Origin: a virus
Virus record (IMG/VR): IMGVR_UViG_3300024983_000001
Coordinates: 72,745 to 136,744 of that record
Reading direction: 5' to 3' (one strand)
Length of the DNA stretch: 64,000 nt
Position 1 is the first letter of the stretch. Each line of letters starts with the position of its first letter. Below are positions 28,017-37,536 of the stretch, piece by piece. Position numbers and translations under genes: made by a program. The notes beneath the pieces are model-generated. The model was not told where the DNA came from, made no database searches, and worked only from the letters and a program-made list of their open reading frames with translations.

Positions 28017-28232
28017 TTAAATAGTATGTAAGGTGCGTAGTTTTGCTTTGTTGCAGTGAACGCAGCGTTTTTCTTGATAAAGATAATATCCAACAACTAT
28101 ACTATCTTGAAGTAATGAACCGTGACGTATATCTTTCCACCCACTCCAAGAGTGAATTCCTAACCAACAGAAACTGAATGTAATACCACTATTTTCGCTC
28201 TCATTTGTATTGAGTTGAGAATCTTCAGACAT
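28017..28232 (-). CDS. Hypothetical protein
   Basis: CWLGIHSW..CVHC. Confidence 0.6.
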   Translation of the reverse strand: MSEDSQLNTNESENSGITFSFCWLGIHSWSGWKDIRHGSLLQDSIVVGYYLYQEKRCVHCNKAKLRTLHTI

Positions 28233-28570
28233 TATCGTGCTCCAACTACTGCTTCAAACTCTTTAACCAAACTGTCGTGATTTTCTATTGTAGTAACAAC
28301 CCACCATTCTCTTGATGGAGATGTGTGGTCATCATTATCAAAACGATATCCAACAACAGTGCATTCATCACGTCGTTCGATGCTAAAAACATTCATTGCT
28401 CGCATATCCATTTTAACTAATGCTGCTTCAGTTTGTTTTTTGAACCGTTCTGTAAGTTTATCACACTCTTCACGTGCCACTTTCAACAACATCTCCAGCT
28501 CATCCACTCGGAACGACAATTGACGATTCGTTTGCACCGTTTCCTCGTATTGTTTTTTATTAATCCACAT
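28232..28570 (-). CDS. Hypothetical protein
   Basis: AAGGAG SD. Confidence 0.65.
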   Translation of the reverse strand: MWINKKQYEETVQTNRQLSFRVDELEMLLKVAREECDKLTERFKKQTEAALVKMDMRAMNVFSIERRDECTVVGYRFDNDDHTSPSREWWVVTTIENHDSLVKEFEAVVGAR

Positions 28571-28580
28571 ACACTTCTCC

Positions 28581-28775
28581 TTATACTAATTTGTAAGCAC
28601 CATCAACCTTATAATGAACTTCATATATCAAATCTTCTTCTGTCCGCTTCTTGTTTAAATCATCACACATCGATACAAGAGTCAATCTATCCTCAGATAT
28701 TGCAATTGGTGAGCGATGTTCAGCATCAAAATCACCATAATGTACTTTCACTAAAATGTAAGCCTTGCGTGCCAT
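28581..28775 (-). CDS. Hypothetical protein
   Basis: GGAG SD. Confidence 0.6.
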   Translation of the reverse strand: MARKAYILVKVHYGDFDAEHRSPIAISEDRLTLVSMCDDLNKKRTEEDLIYEVHYKVDGAYKLV

Positions 28776-28799
28776 GTTAATTCTCCCACGTTAAAATAT

Positions 28800-29135
28800 T
28801 CACTCGTGCCAATATTTCCACAAATACTGCCAACGATACATCTTTTTAGTTTTCGGATAACGGTTTGAGTAGATATGATATCGACGACGTTCAGTATCCC
28901 ACCCATAACCCCCCAACCACTTTCGTGGTTCAAAAATTAATGTTGCACCTTGATCATCTGCATCTTTACCGAATCCATACACAACACCCCACGAGGGATC
29001 CACAAAACGATACATATATCGAGGTCCACGGAGGTGTTTTTTAGCCCAGGTTGCATCACGAGGTCCATGCGGGCGTTTTAATAAATGTCTTTTTGCTTTT
29101 TGTTTAAGCGTACTACCACCATGATGTATTTTCAT
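28800..29135 (-). CDS. Hypothetical basic Trp-rich protein
   Basis: ATGA overlap. Confidence 0.6.
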   Translation of the reverse strand: MKIHHGGSTLKQKAKRHLLKRPHGPRDATWAKKHLRGPRYMYRFVDPSWGVVYGFGKDADDQGATLIFEPRKWLGGYGWDTERRRYHIYSNRYPKTKKMYRWQYLWKYWHE

Positions 29136-29320
29136 AATGAACTCAACTTCATATCTATTCTATGTGCTCTATTTCTATTAATAACAAGTTTCATATATCC
29201 CTTTGGATACGTAGCGATATTCAACTCAAGTTTTTTACTAAACTCGTCACGTTTGAGAATGACAACAAACCAAAACCAATCCACAAAACCAACCGCTCTT
29301 ATTTCTCTCCACCATTTCAT
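29132..29320 (-). CDS. Hypothetical protein
   Basis: MKWWREIR start after upstream stop. Confidence 0.5.
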   Translation of the reverse strand: MKWWREIRAVGFVDWFWFVVILKRDEFSKKLELNIATYPKGYMKLVINRNRAHRIDMKLSSL

Positions 29321-29321
29321 C

Positions 29322-29543
29322 TTATGATGTCCTTTTGCAAGGGCAGTCGTTTCGGTAACACTCATGGCCAAGAGGATATATGTGGCACGTGCCGCACGCA
29401 AATTGATTAGTTTCGTTTTCTGTAGTCCTCTTGTTGATAAGAGAATAATCTTCCGGACCTCGACAAGCAATGCATGTCTTGTTGGTTGGTGAATTAGGGC
29501 ACTTGCAAATTGGACATATCCACCCATAATATTCTTGTGTCAT
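29322..29543 (-). CDS. Cys-rich Zn-finger protein
   Basis: GWICPICKCPNSP..CIAC, CGTC. Confidence 0.6.
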   Translation of the reverse strand: MTQEYYGWICPICKCPNSPTNKTCIACRGPEDYSLINKRTTENETNQFACGTCHIYPLGHECYRNDCPCKRTS

Positions 29544-29558
29544 AACTTAATCTCTCAA

Positions 29559-29822
29559 TTAAATGTAATAATAACCATCAATGATGTCATCAGCATTGGC
29601 TTTTCTGCGGTACTCAACCTTATCCTCATTTGAGGGATGAACAACTCCACTAAAGTCGTACCATTCATCACCCAATTTGGCTTCCTCACGAACACTTTGG
29701 ATATATCGAACTTCCCACAACCTAACAGCAAGGTCAATTCCGAAATCACTAACATCAGCGGCATATTGTAAACTTTGTTCTTCGGTCATAATAAACTGAC
29801 TCCTCCAACATTTATATGTCAT
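29559..29822 (-). CDS. Hypothetical protein
   Basis: ORF track; start may be ~30 nt downstream. Confidence 0.55.
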   Translation of the reverse strand: MTYKCWRSQFIMTEEQSLQYAADVSDFGIDLAVRLWEVRYIQSVREEAKLGDEWYDFSGVVHPSNEDKVEYRRKANADDIIDGYYYI

Positions 29823-29855
29823 TTAAGTATACGGTATTATACAATGAAGGTAAAC

Positions 29856-29890
29856 AAAAAGAGAGGGACATTGAATGTCCCTCTCTTTTT
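29856..29890. terminator. Intrinsic terminator of late fibre cluster
   Basis: AAAAAGAGAGGGACA-TTGAA-TGTCCCTCTCTTTTT. Confidence 0.85.
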
Positions 29891-29905
29891 CACAATTCCT
29901 GAATA

Positions 29906-30109
29906 TTATCGAGTTGTTGAATATGCAGGTGTAGTATCAGTTATATTTCCTGTAATAACATAAACAGTTTGTGAATAAGGAGGTGTAGCATCTGCCTTAT
30001 TCATTGTTAGTGTATATACAGTTTGTGAATAAGCAGGTGTATTATCACTTATTGTGCCAGTTACCGCATCATGTAACGATGGATTGTAAGGTTGTGTGCA
30101 TATTAACAT
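29906..30109 (-). CDS. Small virion-associated repeat protein
   Basis: MLICTQPY start; three DxTP(A/P)YS repeats. Confidence 0.65.
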   Translation of the reverse strand: MLICTQPYNPSLHDAVTGTISDNTPAYSQTVYTLTMNKADATPPYSQTVYVITGNITDTTPAYSTTR

Positions 30110-30111
30110 GA

Positions 30112-30600
30112 TTAGAATGTAGAGAAGTAATCCATCGAGATCAAGAAGTTTGATATCTTGAATGGCGATCCAGAAACCACATCAACTACCCCAAGTTCAA
30201 TATCACCACCCAACCCTGTTCCTGTTATTGTGCCAATAAGTTGAGACTGCACTGCAAAACTCAACGAACTAGAATCTTTTGCTCCACTATATAACCAAAA
30301 CCAACTTGCTGTTCCTGATTGTGTGGCGCTTGAATATGCACCAGCGGTATCAATTTTAATATTGTTGTTTTGATATACCACAGATGCTGCTGAAGATAAT
30401 GGAATGGTTACTAAAACATCAGTGCTTCTGCTAGTTGATGCTGTTAGTGTAGAAAAATCAGTAGGAATGGTTCCCTTCATGATTTTTAAAGTACCCGAAC
30501 CGTAATTACCAGCAAGGTTCCCGTATGTAGATGATAGCCCATCAATGAGTGAGTTTGCTAGTCTATAAGTTGTAATCGAAGATAAAATAATTGATGGCAT
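30112..30600 (-). CDS. Putative virion structural (tail/fibre) protein
   Basis: Ser/Thr-rich beta protein; GTIP..ATQSGTASWF; paralog of next gene. Confidence 0.7.
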   Translation of the reverse strand: MPSIILSSITTYRLANSLIDGLSSTYGNLAGNYGSGTLKIMKGTIPTDFSTLTASTSRSTDVLVTIPLSSAASVVYQNNNIKIDTAGAYSSATQSGTASWFWLYSGAKDSSSLSFAVQSQLIGTITGTGLGGDIELGVVDVVSGSPFKISNFLISMDYFSTF

Positions 30601-30611
30601 AACTGTTTCCT

Positions 30612-31052
30612 TTAGAATGTAATATTAAAGTTAACAGGAATAACCGACAAACCTGTTGTGATGTTAAGTGTGTTCAACTGGAGCAAACCATTACTATTAG
30701 TCAATGAGGGCACACCAATTATATACTCCGATGTTGTTCCTGTCGTAAACGATGTTGGACCATAACACATTACTACCCATGTTGCTGTTCCGGTTCCGGT
30801 AGCATTGGTTGCAGATGGAAGAGTATTACCAAAAGACACAGTATTATTTGAGCGAGACAAATTAAAACTTGTCCACCCAACTAACAACTGGCTTGCGTAT
30901 GCAGATAAATCAAAGGCTGTGTTCCACACAGTAGAACTAGGCATTGTTCCCGAATACACCATTAACCTCACGCTCGTTGATGCAGATACATAGTTAGTAA
31001 TTAAACCAACCGCTTTTAAATCTTTCCAGATTATATTTGTTTGAATAGCCAT
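30612..31052 (-). CDS. Putative virion structural (tail/fibre) protein
   Basis: YSGTMP..ATGTGTATW; TATAAATA upstream. Confidence 0.7.
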   Translation of the reverse strand: MAIQTNIIWKDLKAVGLITNYVSASTSVRLMVYSGTMPSSTVWNTAFDLSAYASQLLVGWTSFNLSRSNNTVSFGNTLPSATNATGTGTATWVVMCYGPTSFTTGTTSEYIIGVPSLTNSNGLLQLNTLNITTGLSVIPVNFNITF

Positions 31053-31105
31053 TATAAATTCCCTCAAATGTTATATAGATATTTATAAAAATAAACGGTT
31101 TGTTT

Positions 31106-32032
31106 TTATAATGACCCTATTTGGGCACTTGGTGATCCACCTCTTGCTGTGCTCAATGATGTTGATAACGTCGAGGATGTTTCATTGCTAAACAACAATG
31201 CATCAACCGATGCGACGTATGATGATGTTGCATAACCACCAGCAATATATCCCGACAATGTGCTATTAACTGCACTACCGTAGGTCCGAATGGTAGATAA
31301 TGTTGCGGAGATTGCTGCAAGCGTTTCTGTGTTGAACGTTAATGCGTTAATTTGAGTATATTTTGTTCCACCCGAATAACCACCCGCACTATAACCTTTT
31401 GTGGAGCTATTAAAACCTGCTTGCTGAGATTGGATCGATGGTAATGTTGCTGCCAACGTTGCAGTGGTTTCTCCTGCAAACGTTAAAGCAGTAATTGCTG
31501 AAAATTGGAATCCTGCTGCATTCTCACCACCAAGCACGTACCCTTTTAATGAACTCTGGGCCGCCGCTGAGCACAGGCGAGCTGTTGCAACAGATGCTGC
31601 AATCCCGCGATCTGTGTCATTCGAAAAATTGATTCCGTCGATGCTACTCAAGTTACTTGTTGAATAACCACTAGCAAAATATCCATACAATGAGCTATTC
31701 AATCCAGCACCATCTCTTCTGAATGTTGACAAAACAGCTGAAAGAACCGAATCTGTTTGTGTGTTAAAAACAAATTTATCAATTTGTTGGAGTGAGGCAG
31801 AGGATGTTCCAACCCGACCACCAGCAAAATATCCCGCCGATGCACTATTAACTCCCATTGCACCCAATGTTGCGGTAACTGATGCAGCAGTAATAGAAAC
31901 AGTATCATTGGAGAAGTCTAACTGGTCTATTGTTCCTGTTGATGTGATTCCTGTCCAACCCGATGCAAAAAAACCTGCACTTGCTGGAAATGTAAATGTT
32001 ACCTTATATGGTTGTGTTACGATTAATGGCAT
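31106..32032 (-). CDS. Kelch-like beta-propeller fibre/adhesin protein
   Basis: About six repeats of NSxxxGYxAGG..ID..FSNDT..LS..R. Confidence 0.75.
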   Translation of the reverse strand: MPLIVTQPYKVTFTFPASAGFFASGWTGITSTGTIDQLDFSNDTVSITAASVTATLGAMGVNSASAGYFAGGRVGTSSASLQQIDKFVFNTQTDSVLSAVLSTFRRDGAGLNSSLYGYFASGYSTSNLSSIDGINFSNDTDRGIAASVATARLCSAAAQSSLKGYVLGGENAAGFQFSAITALTFAGETTATLAATLPSIQSQQAGFNSSTKGYSAGGYSGGTKYTQINALTFNTETLAAISATLSTIRTYGSAVNSTLSGYIAGGYATSSYVASVDALLFSNETSSTLSTSLSTARGGSPSAQIGSL

Positions 32033-32056
32033 GATGTTTTCCTTAAATAAATTATA

Positions 32057-32528
32057 TTAAACTGCAAGCGTTAGAGTTTCATTTGTAAATCCATTTGGTG
32101 GCGTTAATCCTGACCACGATTTCACAGACGTCCACAACGCCCCATTATCTGAATATTGAAGGGTAAAAGCTGTTGGTGAGGCCGTTCCAAACAACACAGT
32201 CGAATACCAAATAATTTCTGCAACCGTCACAGGAAGCAAGAAATGATACCCAATCCATTGCCCGACCGTAGAACCATTACTAATCCATCCATCATTTGAT
32301 GTATTGTTGTTAACTGCTCTATCAGGAGTAAATGTACTGTAATAAGATGACGCTATTGCTGTTTGTTCCCCCAGTCGTCTGATCTGGACCCCCAACTGTT
32401 CCATTAAACGCCAAATCTCCAAACAAGATTCCTGACCCAGAACCACTAAATGCATCAATATAAAGCCTCCAGTACGAATGAAGTAATGATGTGCTCTGTG
32501 AATAAGTTGGTAAGATGACAAATGGCAT
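32057..32528 (-). pseudogene. Discoidin/F5-8C-like adhesin disrupted by 4-bp duplication
   Basis: MPFVILPTY..YWRLYI N-half and ASSYY..WIGYHF..FTLQYSDNG..W C-half are joined if one AACA of AACAAACA (32360-32367) is removed. Confidence 0.8.
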
Positions 32529-32628
32529 AATTTTCTCCATAGACTATATTATATTTATGCTCGTTGACCCCTTCCCCATTTAATACGATAATACTAACTC
32601 CCATTAACCCTTATAAGGAACAACCCAA

Positions 32629-32853
32629 ATGGCTAAGTTTTATTCTATTGTTGTAGTGATGAAATCAGGAAGAACGCTCGTTGGTCAATTAAAGCCATAT
32701 AACGAAGGAATGGTAGAGCATTACCGTAGGACATTCAAACTCATCGAAACCCACATATCGTATAATATTACAACTGTAGATGGAGAGGAGACATATTTTC
32801 TTATTGATAATATGGAAAGTATAGCTATTAAGATAACGGAAAAAGATGAGTAA
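32629..32853 (+). CDS. Hypothetical protein
   Basis: AAGGA SD, upstream TTGACC..GATAAT promoter. Confidence 0.65.
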   Translation: MAKFYSIVVVMKSGRTLVGQLKPYNEGMVEHYRRTFKLIETHISYNITTVDGEETYFLIDNMESIAIKITEKDE

Positions 32854-33184
32854 CGATTAGTAACGGTGTTCGGTGATAGCCGTTAATATCGTCCTGTATA
32901 ACTATGTGATAATACGGGGATATTTTGGGGGGATTTAGGCCCGTGGAAACCCGCGAGAATAGTGGGTGTAAAATTGGAATAAAGGTAAAAAATTTATAAC
33001 GTGCATATAGGGTCAACATTATGCCCCGAGGATACGGGGCATAATGTTGGCAATCCAAAATTATTCCCCCAAAATCATCCAAAATTATACCCTATTTCCA
33101 CAATAGTGTCAACTGTTACCCTAAAACAGTGCCCCACTATTTCTGCGGAATTCATCATTTTCTCCCTTAGGCGCTTAACAATTT

Positions 33185-33406
33185 TTATCCAAAATACAGC
33201 ATTGTCAGTCCCAATATCATGATTGGTGGTATTGATTGTGTTTCTGTTACCCAAATTGACAGTACATCCTTGACTGTCATCTCCTTATACTCTAGTGAAC
33301 TCTTGGTCCAACGGTACAGAATAGTTGTACCCAATATTTGTATGTATAGTAGGCAGAACACTACCAATAGTGCTCCACCCGCTTGGATGAATGTTAGGTT
33401 ACCCAT
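33185..33406 (-). CDS. Small membrane protein
   Basis: Two hydrophobic segments. Confidence 0.6.
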   Translation of the reverse strand: MGNLTFIQAGGALLVVFCLLYIQILGTTILYRWTKSSLEYKEMTVKDVLSIWVTETQSIPPIMILGLTMLYFG

Positions 33407-33816
33407 TATTGACCTTTTCCAATATATCCCACATCGAGCTTCTGTAGTTTAATATAGAATAGTTTATAAGCCATATCAGCAAATTCGTTTAATACATTCT
33501 CACCAACATTGAGGCATAGTTGATAGACCCCAAACGAACTTGCTATGTGAGATAGATAATCACTGATGATATTATGTTTACGCACAGTGTGTTCGCGTGC
33601 AAGTAACATCGACTCCATGCATTGTTCACGAATGATATAGATTTGTTCATCAGTTAGTCCATATTTGGAAAGGCGGGAAGTGACGACGGTTGCATTGAAC
33701 TTTGGTAGTCGGAGGGTATCATGACCCCAGAACCAATTGTTGAATTTGTCCATGAGAGTTAGTTTAGAATTCCCCCAAACAATATCGACAATATCCTGTG
33801 CATTAGATGAAAGCAT
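33406..33816 (-). CDS. Hypothetical protein
   Basis: TTGACA..TATAAT promoter upstream. Confidence 0.6.
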   Translation of the reverse strand: MLSSNAQDIVDIVWGNSKLTLMDKFNNWFWGHDTLRLPKFNATVVTSRLSKYGLTDEQIYIIREQCMESMLLAREHTVRKHNIISDYLSHIASSFGVYQLCLNVGENVLNEFADMAYKLFYIKLQKLDVGYIGKGQ

Positions 33817-33883
33817 TTTGGGTTACCAATTGAATTGTAATGATGAGTATTATACAGGATAGTTGAGAAATGTCAACTGGATA

Positions 33884-34005
33884 TTACTAGTAAAGTTAAA
33901 GGCGGGGACGGTGCGGTGGGGTTTTGAAAGTTGGGGACGGGATGACCCAAAATGGTATTAGGGTCAAATTACTAGTAATACGATATAGGGTCATATTACT
34001 AGTAA
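33884..34005. repeat. Three TTACTAGTAA palindromes
   Basis: 33884, 33969, 33996; the last two lie in a TAGGGTCAnATTACTAGTAATA direct repeat. Confidence 0.75.
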
Positions 34006-34010
34006 TAGGG

Positions 34011-34493
34011 TTACTCTCGGTTGTGGTTGACCACATAGAACTCCGATAAGTCATCCTCTAGGAAGATGTGTTCACGCTTATCGGGAGCGTTGCCTGCTGA
34101 ATAGAAGTCAATCAGTTCAGCCTTACGCTTATGTTTTTCCATTCCTCGAACAATCTTTTCGTAATAGTCGGGGAGAATTGTTTCAACAAACTGTGCCCCA
34201 ATTGTGAGCGTTTCTTGGGCGATGTTGTCAGTCTCCTGTGATGGAGTCATAACAGCATTGGTTCTGTTTGTGTTGAGTTCTAAGGTACCCTGGGGAGTGG
34301 TAGGTTGGGCAGTTGTTAAATCAACTCCTGTACAATCGTACTCATGAACCCACAACATCTCAATAAAGAGTTGGAGAGATTGGTCCAAAGTTACCTCGGG
34401 GAATTCTTCCACGTGGAATGCGTGTATAAACAACAATCCAGCCCACTGTTCATGCGTAAAATAATCTAAATAATTTTTGTAAAATTCGCTCAA
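34011..34493 (-). CDS. Hypothetical acidic protein
   Basis: GGAGG SD before TTG. Confidence 0.65.
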   Translation of the reverse strand: MSEFYKNYLDYFTHEQWAGLLFIHAFHVEEFPEVTLDQSLQLFIEMLWVHEYDCTGVDLTTAQPTTPQGTLELNTNRTNAVMTPSQETDNIAQETLTIGAQFVETILPDYYEKIVRGMEKHKRKAELIDFYSAGNAPDKREHIFLEDDLSEFYVVNHNRE

Positions 34494-35494
34494 AATCGAC
34501 CTCCACTGTTTCTGCGGGTTTTCACGGCATCTAAACCCTTGTTTTTACAGGGATTTTCCAAAATTCTGGAAATTTTAACCCCACTGTTTGTGCGGGTTTC
34601 CACTGCATTGTAACTCCTTGATACCAAAAGGAAATTATTGACCCTAACACCGCATGAATAGTGGTGTGTACCACTATCCGCACCGCATGTTTATTGGGTT
34701 TTAACCCTATTTTTTCAGGGTCAAACCGCGCGTTTGGGTAACAAAACACCCACTATTCATGCGGGTTTTACGGGATTTTGGACAGCAAAAATCCCTGTAA
34801 CTTCAAGTATTTATACACGAAGCTATCCCCCGCACCAATAGTGCGATTCAACGGTGAATTAAACCTTACAAATCAATAGGTTACATCGGTCTAAACCCTA
34901 TAAAAACACGGAGTCTCATACTATAATTTTCTCATTATTTGGGGTCAAAGTCAACGATTTTCCAAAATTGTTTTTTCCATACAGCATATTATACCAATAG
35001 TCAACAGGAAAATTTTCTTACTACAATTTTGGATAGAAGACAACAGTCCAAACCCAAAATTATTTTATCGTGAATTGAGCCGCACTATATGTGGGATTTG
35101 GTCAATGTTGGGAACCGTCTAGAATCGTCTAGGAACGGTTGAAGGAAGGTTTGGGTAGTGATGAGTGGGGGACGATTTTGGTCGGCTTATAAACGGTTAC
35201 GAGAACGTTATCCGCTGCCGCCGTCCACCCCCCTCTGTTCGACAATTTCATTATACAGAATTGGGGTCAAAGGTCAACAGTTAGGGTCAAAAAGTTTGGA
35301 TTATTTTAAGGTGTGTACCTACTTCGAATCCCCATAGTTCCCCCACCCCTCCACTCTTCCACAAAATTTGTGCGGCCGCACATCTCTCGTAGTTTTGGTT
35401 CTTGGGGCCGAAGGCTCACACTCTTACGGTGGATCGCCTCAGATTGTTGCTGTTTGAAACTGTGAGGCTATTGTCTCACAGTTGGGGTAAGATG

Positions 35495-35722
35495 TCAACG
35501 ATCGGCGGGCCAGACAAGATGTCCAGCTTTTGTGAACACCATCCCCGTACACCTCACTATTGCGTTATCGGGTTTGGCAGCATTCCACTTATCGAGATGT
35601 TCTGCCATCGTATCAGAATGGCTGGTGAACTGGTATGGGAGATAATAATCCCCCACCCAGTATTCAGTTTTCCAGAAAGGAATATTGGGTCCGTCTTCGA
35701 ACGGATCAATCCACGTATTCAT
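35495..35722 (-). CDS. Early hypothetical protein
   Basis: ATGA overlap. Confidence 0.55.
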   Translation of the reverse strand: MNTWIDPFEDGPNIPFWKTEYWVGDYYLPYQFTSHSDTMAEHLDKWNAAKPDNAIVRCTGMVFTKAGHLVWPADR

Positions 35723-35967
35723 TTGTAGTTCTTGCGAATATGATCCCACAGGTCCTGGCAGGAGTCGGCATGTTCGAGGATGTAATCAGCAACATCATCC
35801 ACCCAACCATCCTCATCGTACAGTTCCTCGATCCCAATTTTGTTTGCGAGTTCGAGAAGATTGTAGGTTAACAGAATCGACATTCCGTCGAGGAAAGAAA
35901 GTGTTTGCTCGTCAGTGACATTTGCGTCCGCCCAATCGTACTTGTCGTCTTTGTCGGTTTCATCCAT
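35719..35967 (-). CDS. Early acidic protein
   Basis: ORF track. Confidence 0.6.
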   Translation of the reverse strand: MDETDKDDKYDWADANVTDEQTLSFLDGMSILLTYNLLELANKIGIEELYDEDGWVDDVADYILEHADSCQDLWDHIRKNYK

Positions 35968-36048
35968 TGGTAGGGTGTAACGAGCCTGATTGATAACATG
36001 GTCTTTTGTACCTTGCCTACAACGGCAGCGATGAGCTGCGTAACTTGA

Positions 36049-36246
36049 TCAGATGACATTCTTGTTTCCTTTAATCATATTCGGGGTGAGGAACTGCAGG
36101 ACCTTTGTAAAATGGATTGGGATACCACGCATCACGATCGGAGAGAATCCAAGCGTGATCTGGATTATCGCGTCCAACATAATGAGCCCATTCTCTATCA
36201 GCTTCTGCTTCGGATGCCAGATAAGTCTCTTCGTAATAATCGTCAA
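36049..36246 (-). CDS. Early hypothetical protein
   Basis: GGAG SD, promoter upstream. Confidence 0.55.
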   Translation of the reverse strand: MTIITKRLIWHPKQKLIENGLIMLDAIIQITLGFSPIVMRGIPIHFTKVLQFLTPNMIKGNKNVI

Positions 36247-36309
36247 ACATTTTTCACTCCATTGCTGCAGAATGGTCAGTTTACAACAATTGGGTTAAAG
36301 GTCAACCAA

Positions 36310-36507
36310 TCAATCTTGTTTTGCAACCTGATGGTCCAGGCAGGCGATGAGATCGTCTCTGATGCGTTCCAGCTCTTCCACACTGGCTTGGAGGAATTTG
36401 GCCGAGATGCGATTTGGCATCAATTCTGAGTTTGCCCACGCAGCTGCAACAGCACGTTTTTGCTCGATCGTTCTTTCGAGGTTATCGATGATGGTTTCAA
36501 TATTCAT
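36310..36507 (-). CDS. Early coiled-coil protein
   Basis: GGAG SD, promoter upstream. Confidence 0.6.
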   Translation of the reverse strand: MNIETIIDNLERTIEQKRAVAAAWANSELMPNRISAKFLQASVEELERIRDDLIACLDHQVAKQD

Positions 36508-36601
36508 TAATATGTCTCCGTTTAATTAGGGTAAACTATCTCACGGTTTGTTGAAAAGGTCAACACACCTAACATAAATACATGAAACAATTGGAGGCTG
36601 T

Positions 36602-36886
36602 ATGAAACTAAAAGACATTTTGAAAGAAGGACGCGACGATTATGTTGGCGTCGAATTTGAATGGGAAGACCCATCAAACGAATACGAACCACATATGATT
36701 GATATCACACTTCGTGTGAGAGAGACAACGGATTGTTACGGAACTGGGGACAGCCCAGCGTGTTATGACGTAGACGTTGATTCAGCTGTGTTCAAAGAGA
36801 ACGGTCAACCGTTCAACATGAAGTTGTTGACTCCCAAAGAACGTAAGTGGATCGAACAACAGGCGATTGAAAAGTTCAACCGCTAA
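36602..36886 (+). CDS. Late protein embedded in early region
   Basis: ATAAATA, GGAGG SD, MKLKDILKE. Confidence 0.7.
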   Translation: MKLKDILKEGRDDYVGVEFEWEDPSNEYEPHMIDITLRVRETTDCYGTGDSPACYDVDVDSAVFKENGQPFNMKLLTPKERKWIEQQAIEKFNR

Positions 36887-37066
36887 CACGCCCTACTGGT
36901 TGGTTAGGCTGTTGAGCTTCCAAAGCTTTTGCTGTCAACCGATCCAACGTGTGTAGTGTTTGGAAGTAGATGATGAGTTCCATTGGAAGGCCGAAATATC
37001 GGCCTTCCGTTATTACACGCCCGTAGCCCGCAGCGTCTGGCTCAGTTACGAACTTCAGATCCATGT

Positions 37067-37267
37067 TTAGTGCACCCAAACAATGTAGTGGATGAAAATG
37101 AAATCGATCAGGAGTGCTTCAATAATCACAAAAATGAATGCACTTCCACCCCCAGCTTTCGTGTCGTTTACGGGTGCAAAACATATGGCACCTGCAACAA
37201 GGGACAAAAATAACCAAATGATTGCCTTTAATATGAAGGTGCCCACTGCACTAACACTGATAATCAT
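37067..37267 (-). CDS. Small membrane protein
   Basis: Two TM segments. Confidence 0.6.
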   Translation of the reverse strand: MIISVSAVGTFILKAIIWLFLSLVAGAICFAPVNDTKAGGGSAFIFVIIEALLIDFIFIHYIVWVH

Positions 37268-37458
37268 TTGAGGTTGTCCTGTTGTTTGTGGAGATCAACG
37301 ATCTGACGGATCAGTTCGTTGTAACTTGCTGAACCAATCCCCCTACGCTCTGTATGAATAAGGCACACATCATCCGGCTCGTCACGAAACATGTAGCAGT
37401 GTCCACCTTCCGGGCGGGCTTTGTGACCACACATTTCGCAGTTGTTGGGATTGCTCAT
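37264..37458 (-). CDS. Small Cys/His protein
   Basis: GGAGG SD; CEMC..HCYMF..C..H. Confidence 0.65.
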   Translation of the reverse strand: MSNPNNCEMCGHKARPEGGHCYMFRDEPDDVCLIHTERRGIGSASYNELIRQIVDLHKQQDNLK

Positions 37459-37536
37459 ATCACCTCCGTTATAAAATTGGCGTTACACTCGTTCACCGAG
37501 TAATGCTCCACTAGATGTGGAGCACCGCCGAAACTG

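Larger units (their letters stand above)
32947..35096. repeat. Dispersed dyad repeat CCCAC-N7-GCGGG (~10 copies, both orientations)
   Basis: Copies at ~32947, 33133, 34442, 34502, 34580, 34647, 34681, 34749, 34829, 35080. Confidence 0.75.

Noticed and set aside
34531-34749. 72-aa ORF in the repeat island
   Set aside because: Composed of repeat units, no SD; likely spurious.
34442-34845. CRISPR array
   Set aside because: Repeats are ~20 bp, degenerate, irregularly spaced and in both orientations; no cas genes in the window.
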